Below, piece after piece: positions 12,000 to 24,270 of a DNA stretch of 64,000 nucleotides. Under the pieces are notes generated by a model. That model was not told where the DNA came from and ran no database searches. It worked only from the letters and a program-made list of their open reading frames with translations. Source of the DNA: Octopus vulgaris (lineage: Eukaryota); contig OX597815.1 of NCBI GenBank assembly GCA_951406725.2, positions 157,046,001 to 157,110,000 on the forward strand, given 5' to 3'. Each line of letters begins with the position of its first letter. The stretch's first letter is position 1. The translations under genes were made by a program, and so were the position numbers.

Positions 12000-13185
12000 G
12001 ATAAATAACAAAACATCCAGATTGATGATGCAAAGAAAACAAATACGGGTTATTCGGAGTTTTCTTTCCTCAGTCGAGTTTCAGATTATCTTTGCAATTT
12101 CGGCTGGTTATACTAGAGATTCCTCCAATCTGGCCAGCTCCAAGGAAAAACTAAGCTAAGAGCATTAGATTCCTTGGAAGAAAGCAGCGAAAACAAGGAT
12201 GGAAAAAAACGGAGAATGTTATACAAATAACAGGTGTCTTTCGACTAAGGACGAATTAAATTAAGCTGGCATGTGGGGATAGAAGATTTCACTGGTACAG
12301 GGAGGAATATAGATGTTGCACGGACGATGGCCGAACCAAGAGAGAAAGGTCAGGCCTGGCCGAACAAATGTCACGTGGGGAGAGAAGGGAGGTGGAGGGT
12401 CAGGGACAGAAGAATTAAGGGGGCGAGAAAAATGACAAGGACACAGTGAAGTGAAAAGAGGGGGAAAAGTGAGCATGAAGAGAAGGCAAGGAAATGTGAG
12501 AGAGGGAGAAAAAAAAAGAGTGGAATGAACGAAGTAAGCGTGAAAGGACTGATAGAAAGAGAATGAAAGAAACAATAGTGTCGTACAAGATTTAGATAAC
12601 TATATACTAACATATAAGAGATCAAACTGTACGTACGCCGCTATATATATATATGTGTGTGTGTGTATAAAATACAAAATGGGACAAGAACACAATGCAT
12701 CCAGACAGTCAGGTGATACATAAAGGGCAACAAAAAATCCAAATAGACGATACAAAGAAAACAAGGACGGGGTATTCGGAGTTTTCTTTCCTGAGGCGAG
12801 TTCCAGATTATCATTGCAATTTCGGCTGATTATACTCGAGATTCCTCCAATCTGGCCGGCCCGAAGGGAAAACTAAGCTAAGAGCATTAGATTCCTTAGA
12901 AGAAAGCAGCGAAAACAAGGATGGAAAAAAACGGAGAATGTTATACAAATAACAACAGGTGTCTTTCGACTAAGGACGAATTAAATTAAGCTGGCATGTG
13001 TGAAAATAAAGCCTTACGGTGGGGATAGAAGATTTCACTGGTACAGGGAGGAATATAGATGTTGCACGGATGACAGCCGAACCAAGAGAGAAACGTCAGG
13101 CTTGGCCGAACATATGTCACGTCGGGAGAGAAGAGAGGTGGAGGTACAGGGACAGAAGAATTAAAGACGGGAGAGAAAAAAATGA
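12000..13185. repeat. two tandem copies (~12000-12430, ~12665-13185) of an uncharacterised non-coding interspersed repeat
   Basis: Near-identical blocks ttcggagttttctttcc...ccaatctggcc...gagcattagattcctt...ttaagctggcatgtg...gggacagaagaattaa. A third, diverged copy lies at 41255-41780. All sit in TA/CA microsatellite. Confidence 0.8.
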
Positions 13186-13574
13186 TACGTATTTGTATAT
13201 ATATATACATATTTATATTTTTATATATATATATATATATATACATATTTATATTTTATTTATTTATATTTATATATATATATATATTTTTATTATATTT
13301 TTATTTATATATATTTATATATATATATATATATATATGTATATTTATTTATTCCTATAAATATATATATCTTATATTTATATTTATATATACATTTATA
13401 TATATATATATGTATATTTATTTATTCCTATAAATATATATATCTTATATTTATATATACATTTATATATATATATGTATATATATATTATTTATATATT
13501 TATATATAAAAATCTATTCATAAATCTATTTATATATATATATCTATTTATATATATTCATATATATATATATA

Positions 13575-13670
13575 AGAAAATTGGTTTGTGAATTTTTAAT
13601 ATTCTTCAGACATATTGACGCAAATATATATATTTTTTAACCTTTAGGCCTTCTGTAGTTTTTCACTTTT

Positions 13671-13676
<6 letters not shown>
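13575..13676 (+). mobile_element. solo fragment of the PLE pseudo-LTR family seen at 23130-24327
   Basis: atattcttcagacatattgacgcaaatatatatattttttaacctttaggccttctgtagtttttcac resembles 24271-24320 and the reverse complement of 23140-23215. Confidence 0.6.
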
Positions 13677-13726
<50 letters not shown>

Positions 13727-13796
13727 TATATACATCTATTTATATATTTATTTCTATACATATATATAGATATATTTATGTAGATATAGATTACTA

Positions 13797-14110
13797 GTAA
13801 TAGTAAAACAACAAAAGAATGAAAGAAACCTCGATATTATGTAAATAGAGGAATTTGTTTGTAATATAATGTGACAAGTATTCGATTGCCATAATAAAGC
13901 TCCGAGTTTCGGATGTCAGTGCGGAACCTGCACCGGCATCTCTTCAGTTATCGAGGTAATTAAAATATGCCTTGAAAAATGACAGTTAAACAAAGGGAAA
14001 CTACTATGTAAATGAACGTTATTAAGACAAAATTGTTATTAGAGTAACCGTTAAATGAGGGGAAAAAAGCGAAGGAGCGGAAGTAAAAGGTAAAAGAGTA
14101 AAAATGCTCA
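13797..14110 (-). mobile_element. PLE-type terminal fragment carrying a hammerhead motif
   Basis: Shares aaagaaacctcgatattatgtaaatagaggaattt...tgtgacaa with 16730-16790. Contains the CTGAAGA...GAAAC motif and is embedded in TA repeats. Confidence 0.55.
13893..13952 (-). ncRNA. minimal type I hammerhead-ribozyme-like motif
   Basis: RC: GATAA CTGAAGA [GATGCCGGTGC-AGGTTCC-GCACTGACATCC] GAAA CTC-G-GAG CT TTATT. Core boxes, ~10-bp stem II, short stem III and stem I are present, but the cleavage triplet is mutated in this copy. Confidence 0.6.
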
Positions 14111-14873
14111 TAACAATCGCGTATGTACATACATACATATGCGCGCACGCACACCCACGTTCATGTGCCTGAATGCATATGTTCACTCAGATTCGCATGA
14201 AACACACATACGCCAAATAGATGCACATATATATGCAACCATGCATGTACACGTATACAAATCCACACACGCGGTCCCACTCACACAGAAACGCACATAC
14301 CCATACGCACAGAGCAATATTGAAATACACGTCTAAAAATACACACATGCTATATGCTCGCACACACTCGCGTGGAACACACGCGTGTAGACCCACGCAT
14401 GCGTGCAACCATACACATGTACATATACATGTACATATAAACATACACGCTCACACACACATATGTATATCCGCATGCACGTGCGCACACACACGTGCAG
14501 GTACCCCCACGCGCACAGTTATTTCCAATTGCACATTTAAAATACGTACATGCTATATATGCATATCCTCACTTACACTCGCGTGGAACACTTGCATGTG
14601 CACTCACGTATATATATGACACTCTTTTCAGGGACAACGGTTAAAACTCAAAATTTCTCTTCATTTTAAAACTGATGTAATACTTACATTCTTTAATAAA
14701 ATGAAGTAGCATGAAACGATTGTACTACACCACCTTGGATATCCATGTTGCTTATTTTGATTATAATCACCCCATTTCATTTATATGGATAATACCATAC
14801 CACATTCTGGTGCTTTTAACTTGAGTACCATATCTATCTGAATCTAAATATTGCTGAACATATATATTTATAA

Positions 14874-14926
<53 letters not shown>

Positions 14927-14952
14927 TATGTATTTACGTATTTATATTTGTA

Positions 14953-15019
<67 letters not shown>

Positions 15020-15029
15020 ATATATATAT

Positions 15030-15226
15030 AATTGAAAACTAGGATAAAATCTTTATAAGAATTTATCAAGTAGTTAGTGTGAAAAATCTCATAAGGAAAA
15101 AATCCATCAATTATTCCTCTTAGATTTATATATATAATTGAAAATTACGATAAAATCTTTATGAGAATTTATGAAGTAAGTGTGAAAAACCTCATAAGGG
15201 AAAAATCCATCAATTATTCCTCTTAA

Positions 15227-15231
<5 letters not shown>
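15030..15231. repeat. tandem duplication of a ~105-bp unit inside (TA)n
   Basis: aattgaaaa..ataaaatcttt..agaatttat..aagt..agtgtgaaaaa..ctcataagg..aaaaatccatcaattattcctctta occurs twice. Confidence 0.8.
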
Positions 15232-15280
<49 letters not shown>

Positions 15281-15282
<2 letters not shown>

Positions 15283-15349
15283 TCATGTGGCAAGAATGGA
15301 TGTGGATAGCTGTGTGAAGGAGTGCCACACCCTAGCGGTTGAGGGAACC
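15281..15349 (+). mobile_element. short RTE LINE fragment
   Basis: Encodes GHVARMDVDSCVKECHTLAVEGT, nearly identical to the RTE at 40921-41187. Confidence 0.8.
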
Positions 15350-16380
15350 AAATGTGGACGTAATATACCTTGATTTTGCAAAAGCTTTAGACAAAATGTA
15401 TTGTGGTATGATATGCCACAAACTGCGTAGTCTCGGCTAAGCTGGAAAACTTGGTGAGTGGTTACATGACTTTCCGAAAATAGAAGTCAGGCAGTCGTGG
15501 CCACAAATAGTGGCTTTTTATGGTGGCCCTCTCAGATTTAACCTCCACTACCCGGAAATCCACCCTTGTAAGCTACGCAGATGATACAACTATATCGCAG
15601 AAACTACAGAACCCCAGTGATGTTGCACATATGCAGCAGGAACTGGACTCATTTTACAGATGGGCTGAGGATAATAATATGCAGTTTAATGTGAAAAAAT
15701 CAAGCCCTGCGCTACGAGCGTCCAAAACTAAATGTGAAACTTACAGAGTACACTGGTACACAGGGAATTTTAATTCTAGAGCCTAAATCAGTGAGGGACT
15801 TGGATATCGACATGAGTGATGATACCTCTTTCCAAGTGATCATTACCAGGATGGCGACAAAGTGCAGACGACTGGCTGGATGGATCCTGAGAATATTCAG
15901 AACCAGAGATAAGGAAACCATAATGGTCCTCTTGAGAACATTCGTCCTCAGCCGCCTGGATTACTGCTCCCAGCCATGTTCACCCAACTTTGTAAAATTA
16001 ATAGCGGAACTTGAAACAATCCAGCGAAGAATCACAAAGAAGATCAACTCTTTGCAACAGCTCATCTACTGGGAAAGGCTGAAACAGCTAAGACTCTACT
16101 TCCTGGAGCGAGGGAGAGGTATGCAGTAATATACATCTGGAAGATCCTGGAAAGAATTTTGCCAAATTTTGGCATTGAAAGGTACGCCAATGCCAGAACG
16201 GGTCGACACTGCACAGTGCCAAAGATCCCAGGAATGCCATCGCGCTTCAAGACCAGTTACTCAACAGCCTGAGTTTCAGGGACCCACAGCTTTTTTTATA
16301 TTCTCCTAAAGAGCCTAAGGAACCTGCACAATGTAGATGTAGGCGTTTTTAAATCAAAGCTGGACCTCTTCCTAGCCTAA
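15350..16380 (+). mobile_element. CR1-clade LINE RT 3' fragment (degenerate)
   Basis: VIYLDFAKALDK, SYADDT, WAEDNNMQFN, RTFVLSRLDYCSQ, LETIQRRITK, YWERLKQL, FKSKLDLFL; frameshifts. Confidence 0.9.
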
Positions 16381-16484
16381 CCTTCCACGCTGCAATTGTT
16401 TTCTTTCTAGCACACGATCTCAGAACAGGTCACTTTCTATGAAGGAAAATCTCCGCTATTCATATATATTTATATATATATTTA

Positions 16485-16542
<58 letters not shown>

Positions 16543-16702
16543 TTATATATATTCATATATATATTTATTTATATACATTTATATATATTTATCTATATTT
16601 CTTTATATATATTTATATTTATAGATTTATATATACTTATTTATATATATTTATATATTATATTTATTTATATATATTTATATATATATGTATTTATATA
16701 TT

Positions 16703-16860
16703 GATAAAAACGTTAAAACAACAGAAGAAAGAAAGAAACCTCGATATTATGTAAATAGAGGAATTTATCTGTAAATGTAATATGTGACAATTATTCGGCA
16801 TCCGAAACTCGGAGTTTTATCATGGCTACCGAATAATTGTCACATATTACATTTACAGAC
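16703..16860. mobile_element. PLE-type terminal fragment with inverted duplication
   Basis: 31-bp perfect inverted arms (16768-16798 / 16829-16859) flank GAAACTCGGAGTTTTATC. Same family as 13797-14110. Confidence 0.65.
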
Positions 16861-16886
16861 ACATATATTTATATATATATATAAAT

Positions 16887-17304
16887 AGGAGTGGCTGTGT
16901 GGTAAGTAGCTTGCTTACCAACCACATGGTTCCGAGTTCAGTCTCACTGTGTGGCACCTTGGGCAAGTGTCTTCTACTATAGCCTCGGGCCGACCAGAAC
17001 TTGTGAGTGGATTTGGTAGACGGAAACTGAAAGTAGCCCGTCGTATATATATATATGTGTGTGTGTGTGTGTGCGTGTGTGTGTATGTTTGTGCATCTGT
17101 GTTTGTCCTTCCAACATCGCTTGACAACCGATGCTGGTGTGTTTACGTCCCTGTAACTTAGCGGTTCGGCAAAAGAAACCGATAGAATAATTACTAGGCT
17201 TACAAGTATAAGTCCTGGAGTCGATTTGCTCGACTAAAGGCAGTTCTCCAGCATGGCGACAGTCAAATGTCTTAAAGAAGTAAAAAGAGTAAATGAAAGT
17301 AAGA

Positions 17305-17305
<1 letters not shown>
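16887..17305 (+). mobile_element. full-length tRNA-derived SINE, group B (CORE-like)
   Basis: A-box-like tggctgtgtgg, B-box-like gagttcagtc, ccttgggcaagtgtctt CORE-like segment, internal (TG)n, (agtaaaag)n tail; many copies in the window. Confidence 0.9.
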
Positions 17306-17373
<68 letters not shown>

Positions 17374-17416
17374 TAGTGTGTGTGAATGTGTTTATATATA
17401 TATATTTATAAAAGAG

Positions 17417-17640
17417 GGCGCATGGCCTAATGGCAAGGATATTGAACTCACGGTCGCGAGATCGTGGTTTCAATCTCTAGCTCGAGCGATGCGTTGAGGT
17501 CTTGAACAAAACAATCTCGCGTCGCTCTGCGAACATTTCGACACCTGTCGCTTGTTACACTGTGCACTTGTTCAAGCACCGTCGATTTAATGGAGGGAGG
17601 GAGGGAGGGAGGGAACTAACTTATAGCACATTCATTTTAT
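17417..17640 (+). mobile_element. tRNA-derived SINE group C
   Basis: ggcgcatggcctaatgg...ggtttcaatc...gcgttgaggtcttgaacaaaaca head shared with 20553 and 33816. Confidence 0.7.
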
Positions 17641-18306
17641 CAGTGTGTATGGATGCGTCAATATATATACATGCATTGTATTGCAAAGATTGCATTCTGT
17701 TATTACTCGCTGTTATTTGATCTCTACAATAGGTAATTATAGTATTTGACACCTTTCCCCATTGTTTGCAAATGCATACATACATACATACACACACGTG
17801 TGTGTGTTTGTTTACTGTGTGCTTGTATGCATATATGTATGCATACAGATGTATGTCCCCGTCATGAAGTCAGTTACAATTTATTCAAAGTCGTGATTTC
17901 CTAAGGCATATTTCTCTTGTTTTGAATTAGCAGCTATATTGAGGCATCACGATTTTTATGACGGTTCTCTAATGCACTAACAACTTCAAAATCACCTAAA
18001 AACCAACAACGGTGCCAAAATGAGTTATATTCACAGAACCACATCTCGGCTACACAATGAATATGTAGTGTCGAATATGATTTTCTTTTTCACCAGATTT
18101 GAAACCGTTTATTGATAATGTTTATGTTATTACTGTTGCATTTCTTTATGTTTTTTCTTTATTTCTTTCCTTTTATTTTCTGTTCTGCTTCAGTTCTTAA
18201 TTTTTTTTTTTTTGTGATTGTCCCTATTTTTGTACGCACGCGCGCGTGTGTATGCATGTATATATATATGAGTTTGTGTGCGCGCGCAAATGTATATATA
18301 TATATG

Positions 18307-18370
<64 letters not shown>

Positions 18371-18386
18371 TTTGTGTGAGGCGCCA

Positions 18387-18454
<68 letters not shown>

Positions 18455-18711
18455 GTATATATATATGTATATGTGTATATATATACGTATATATATATAT
18501 ATTCCGTTGTATATATATATATGCAACGGAAACATTAACGAACCAACCATATTTCACTTAAGTACTAGTTTTGCATATGGTTATTTTCACTTTATTTTTT
18601 ATATATATTCATTTATCTTTTCTCGTTTGTTTTATACTTGCATTTTTCGTCACCTTTAACCTTATTACATTGCTATTAAATGTCGTTACAAATTCATCTT
18701 TTTCCTCCTCC

Positions 18712-18762
<51 letters not shown>

Positions 18763-19365
18763 TCAATAACAAGGATTTGGGAGTCACAAATCTAGATATG
18801 GATTTATTGAATCGAATTGTAGCGTGTGATATCCATATATTGATAAGATAATCAGTATTACCGAAACTAATATATCGAACGTAAGCTTTGTGAAACAAAC
18901 CGTAATTTTCTATTATTAATTCAATGATTTGCTTTGAAAATTTAATAGATGTTACACCCAATATAACAGAGCAGCGTTTATAAATACATTTAAATCGTTT
19001 ACTTTTTTGTCAATGCTAGATGAAACTTCAGTACACTGTCTGCTAAACACTAGGCTGTTGAAAGAGAGAGAGGATATATATTGATCTTCCATTATATGGA
19101 TACGAATCACGGGTCATGTGGTATCTCCATGAGAATTATTTCTTTCAACAGAAGCCATTTTTTTTCCTCCCTGCATAGTTTGATATTTTACTTATTAGAT
19201 GTCGGAAATAGAATCTAGGAGATATATTGCTCTGTGTGTGACAAACTGTTTCCGAAGTACTGATATTACTGCAATATTTTTGCTTCAAATTTCTCAATAG
19301 ATAATGATTTTTTTGTTCATACATAATACAAACAAACATACATTATATGCATATAATGTATATTA

Positions 19366-20545
19366 TGCCAGGTTAAGTCAAAAATATTTTCGTATTTCAA
19401 TCTTTAATGAATAGTTCGAACAAATTACAAATTAAAGTTTATTCATCAAAGTATACACTATCATATATTATTGCCTGTTTTCATCGTTCCACACATATGC
19501 CATTTCGGTGCCTTAGAGGCAAAAAAACTCCCTGCACCAATTTTCAACCTAATCCAAAATGCTGAACCTCTGTCTGTACCGGAAATGAGACATACCTCGG
19601 CAAAGGTGTAATCTGATGGTTCAAGGTCTGAACTTTAAGTAGGATAAGGCAGCCCCGTCAAACTTTTTCAAGTTTGTACTTGGTCACATTGGCAGTGTGT
19701 GCTGGAAAATTGTCATGCTGTAGGAACGTGCATCTTCGACGAGCCAGTACCGGATAGCGAACTTTCAAAGCATCTTATACTTGCTGCAGCTGTTTAGCAT
19801 AAAATTTAGCGTTCATAGCATGACCATCTGGGCCAAGCTCCACCAAACGCATGAACTTCTGTTCAAACCGTCCTTGTTTACTAAGTGATTTTGAAGTTTC
19901 ACCAGGACGAAACCACTGCTCTTAGGATTACAAACATAGATTCATTTTTCATCTCCAGTTACAATTTGACGCCAAAAGATGGGCATCTCGAGGATTTGCC
20001 AGCTGCTGCTTGAAAATATTCGCACGTCGTTGAACCTGGTCAGTTCATGTGAAACTTCTCAACAGCATCTATTCACAAAACCGTGCTTATGGGAATGTCG
20101 CTAGATGGTGCTTCGTGATGGACCAAGATCTGCCGGCAATGTACAAGTCCTGCTTAGCTTTTGCTCAACCATTTCAAGAAAGGCCTCATCTTCTTCAAAA
20201 GAAGGTTCGTTTGTTTTCGTGGCTCGTGTCACTTTCCTTGAAATGTGTGAACCGGTTTTGTGCCACACATATATTGTTTGTTTCTGGGCCTTCCATATCG
20301 TTAATTTCTTTTGCCGTTGCCCTTATACTCAGTCTTTTTTCCACAGGTAGCACAAAATGTGTCTAATTGCAATTTCTTCACCACTCATGATCAAAGTTAT
20401 AAAATAAAGAATATATAGATATTTATATTAAAAGAACCAAAAATTTAGCACCGATTGAATAAGTTGTATTAGATTATTGATATATGTAGATATAAGTTGC
20501 GAAATGATTATCAGTGAAAATCCGAAAAACTTGACTCAACCGGTG
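19366..20545 (-). mobile_element. degenerate near-full-length mariner (DD34D) transposon
   Basis: Minus-strand RQIVTGDEK*IY and LPYPT*SSDLEPSDY (the HPPYSPDLAPSDY motif). Degenerate TIRs ccaggttaagtcaa / ttgactcaaccgg with TA at the right end. Confidence 0.8.
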
Positions 20546-20552
20546 TAGAGGA

Positions 20553-20780
20553 AGCGCATGACTTGGTGGTTAGAGTGTTGCACTCATGATCGTAAGATTG
20601 AGGTTTCGATTCGTGGACTAAGCAATGCGTTGTATTCTTGAGCAAAAACTTCATTTCACGTTGCTCCAGTTCACTTTTGTACCAAAGAAAGTAACCCTGC
20701 AACGGCCAAGCGTCCAAACCAGGTGGAAACCGCCTTTTGAGTCCACATGACTCGGAAAGGAATTTTATCCTTTTCATCCA
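20553..20780 (+). mobile_element. tRNA-derived SINE group C (V-domain-like)
   Basis: tRNA-like head, gtaaccctgcaacggccaagcgtcc...cagg resembling the V-SINE central domain, gactcggaaagga tail. Confidence 0.7.
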
Positions 20781-20791
20781 TATCTATATAT

Positions 20792-20826
<35 letters not shown>

Positions 20827-23039
20827 GTAAGGAACCATATTTCAACTGTTACAGTCAAAGAGAGGTTCTGTATCTCGGTGGAGTAAACACTTTGTGAAGA
20901 AATCAATAAATATTGATTGGTTTGAGATATTTTCCGATAGCTTCAAGGAGAAACTGTATACGATTAGATACGAAAAGGAAGATACAATTTAACAGTTGTA
21001 AGTTAACAGTAGTACATAAATCAATATACATTTATTTTGATACGAGCCACATTTAATTTCGGAAGGAACAATAGATTGAATGCGTCCCGGGATATTACTG
21101 GTGCATATCTTATCGTTCCTACTAGATCTGAATAAATAGAAAACAATGTAAACTGGCAGTATTTGAACTGGAAGCTTTCCTGGGCTGAAACTAAATACTA
21201 TAATCTAAATTTTGCCTGCTCGCGTAGCTTTAAATAGCTTTGTAACTTATCATAATTAAAACTTGTCTCTTTAAATCCTGAACTGAAATCTCCTCAAAGT
21301 CCACTTCACATTTTATCTTTCCGGGGTCGGCATTGTCGTCGTTCTTACTAAGCTAACCCCTATCCCCAAAATGTGAAGACTTGTGCATTTGTTAGAAAGC
21401 ATAATGTAATAATGTGTCCTGCACTGGAGACCAAGAAGTAAGCTTACTCGACGAGCTAAGATCATGATAGTATTGATTCCTGTTAAAGACATTTCACGTG
21501 ATTTACATGAATACCAGTATTTTTATTTTATTTTACAGTCTTAACATCACATGACAAATGTATATGGAAGTCGATTCCTCTAAAAAAATACAAGATTTTT
21601 CAGTTTAGTCAAACATAAACCTGTATTTTGTGAGATTAAAATTAAGAACATTAAATGAACGTGACAATACCACTAAATTAATTTGGTCGTATTAAACGGT
21701 AGAACACCAGATTAATTAATCTGGCGCTCTACCATTTCTGTCAGTATATCGTCCTGTTTCACTTGTAGTACAGTTCAGGATTATCCATCAATCAATCGAT
21801 CTGCCTCACTCTTCTAGCCCCTCTCTGTGTCACCTATCGATTTTTCTAATGCAGTTTGCACTCAATTTCTCAGGCTACCGATCTATCATTCTTCCATTCC
21901 ATTACCATTCTTTGTCTCTACTTTACGGTTTTTTCAATTCTGTATTCATATCCATTAGAAAAAAATAAAACATTCAGTCCTATGTTTTAATTAAAAAAAA
22001 GGATAATCCGTTAAAAGTTTGCCAACAGCTCATACGAGGTAATTAGGTGTAAAGAAAAAGTGGCAAATTTCTTCGAGTCTCAGGAAATTTGATTCCTTGC
22101 TGCGCAGTCAACAGAAAGGAAAAGATTGCGGGAATGATAAGGGGGATTCGATGTGACCCAGATAAAAAAGAAAATTACAGTTGAAGCAGATAACGCAAAT
22201 ATAACTCATCTCTCGTATTTATTTAACTTCCACTCAAAACAAATTAGCTTAAGCTCATCCCGTCCCCGTGCATAGCTTCTTTATCTGAGTGTTTAGTTAT
22301 GGTCTCCTTCTACCAAGGCTGACCATGCACCTGCTCATGTATGCGCAAGTCTGGGTAAGATATTTTCTAGGAAGACTATCAGTTGCCCATGCAAAATAAG
22401 CTCCTTCTCAACTCCATCAAAGTTTATCCAAGGGAAAAAGGCTACCGACTTCGACCGATAAAATTTGACACCAAAGTCATCGAAAACTTGAAATGCCAAA
22501 ACAGATACCGCAGGACATCCCGCCTAACCCTATTACAGTTCCACCAAAACCCCGCCTTTGATTGGAACTTTGCTTTTATCGACCGCAAAAGGATAAAGGG
22601 CAAAAGCTCAAGAAGGAGGAAAAGAGATACAATACTGTGCTCGAGTTTGGAGAAATAGTTGAGCAAAGCAACCACGGTGTGGAATAACAGCTAAAAGGAA
22701 TTTTTACATTTTATGGTAATGAAGTTAGAAGCTCGAAGTAGTATTTGAAAGAGGTTCAAGAGCTTACGGTATGGTTAACATTCTGGTGAAGAGTGGAACA
22801 GCAACAGGAGTTGATATAAACCTAACTTACTCTTAACTCACTCTGATTCTTATTATTATCCGTCTGCCCAATTCTCTTTTTTTCCTTTTCTGCGGCGGAA
22901 GTCATGAATCTATTTTAAAATGGTTTTTCTGTGTGTGTATGAGTGCGTGATAATGTTAGTGTGTACGCACGAATGAGTACGTGTGTAAATGAGTATGTGT
23001 GTGTGTGTGTGTGTGTAGATAGGCGCGTATCCATTTCGG

Positions 23040-23082
<43 letters not shown>

Positions 23083-23263
23083 TATATAGATAAGAAAGTT
23101 TGTTTGGTAAAGCACGTGGGTGAATATATAAGAAAATAGTAAAGTGTGAAAAAACGACAGAAGGCTTAAATGTTAAAAAATATATATATTTATGTCAAAA
23201 TGTCTGGAGAATATTGGAAAAATTTTTCCTTTCCTTAAAATGACATAATTTAAAAATTTTTTA

Positions 23264-23303
23264 AAGAAATTACCGGTTTCGCGTGTAGCTTTTCAAATTT
23301 CTT
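23264..23303 (-). ncRNA. variant minimal hammerhead-like motif in PLE 3' region
   Basis: RC: AAGAAAT TTGAAAA GC-TACAC-GC GAAA CCGG TA ATTTCTT. Perfect 7-bp stem I, palindromic stem III and GUA triplet; the first box deviates from CUGANGA. Confidence 0.5.
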
Positions 23304-23449
23304 GTGACGTTATGTTTATATTGCATGGAATTATCGTTGTTTTTATTTCCAGGAGATTTCTAAATAAGGGGAGGTAGTGAGTGATTTTTTCCGGTGTAGG
23401 GGAGATAATCGCTTAAAAATTTTTTTTTTTTTTTTTTCCCACTTCCTTG

Positions 23450-24270
23450 TTAATTTCTCTGTGTCAGTATGTTCGGATGGTTGAGTCTGGGTTTGTACTT
23501 TTCAATGAAGAATGTTTCCTTGTTCAGTCTCATTTGTGTTGATGATCCGAAAGCACATTGGTAAAATGGGAAGATTAAAAATTGTGGCAGTAGTTGCTTT
23601 GCGCATTTCTCAATGTGCTCACTAAAAGGTATCATTCTATATTCTGGGAATGCAATCTGTTGTCGATGCAGTGTGCATCTGCGCCTGAGTGATAGTCCCG
23701 TGGAACCCACGTAGTCTTGGTGGCAGCCCGAGCATTTAATAACATAAATTATGTTTTCAGAGGCACAAGTAAAGTTAGATTTGATCTTAAATTTCTGTCC
23801 CTCTTTAAAGAAGAATTCTGATCCTTCCAATAGGTTAGGACATGTTGCACAGTTCGATCTACCACATTTTTTTACTTTTGCATCCGTAATTTTAGAAGAC
23901 AATTTTGCCTTTGTGAGAATCTTTTTAAGTGATTTAGGCTGTTTGTAGCTTTTAATGATTTGGTGTATGTTTAGAATTTCCTTTAATTTTGGGTTTTTAT
24001 GAAGTATTGGTAAATTCTGGGTGATGATGGTGAAGGCTTCTTTGTTTCTGGGGTTATATGTAGATATGTAAGGTAGTATTTTCGGGGAAGGTGTGTTGTT
24101 GTGTTGAACTTTTCTTAAAGTTTCTATGTTGATTTCTGTTGCACGTCTGATCCCATCCTCTATGAGTTGAGCTGGGTAATGTCTGTCAATTAGGGTGTTT
24201 TTGAGTTCTTGCAGTCTAAAGTTCCTGGTATTTTGTTCTGACACTATTGTGCATATCCTTCTTGCAAGGT
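23450..24270 (-). CDS. PLE RT thumb/linker plus GIY-YIG endonuclease (5'-truncated)
   Basis: LKNTLIDRHYP, LPYISTYNP, CGRSNCATC linker, NFTCASENIIYVIKCSGCHQDYVGSTG...LRRRCTLHRQQI, RLNKETFFIEKYKPRLN. Confidence 0.88.

Noticed and set aside
22383-22675. Overlapping 91-aa and 77-aa ORFs
   Set aside because: No recognisable domain or convincing splice sites.
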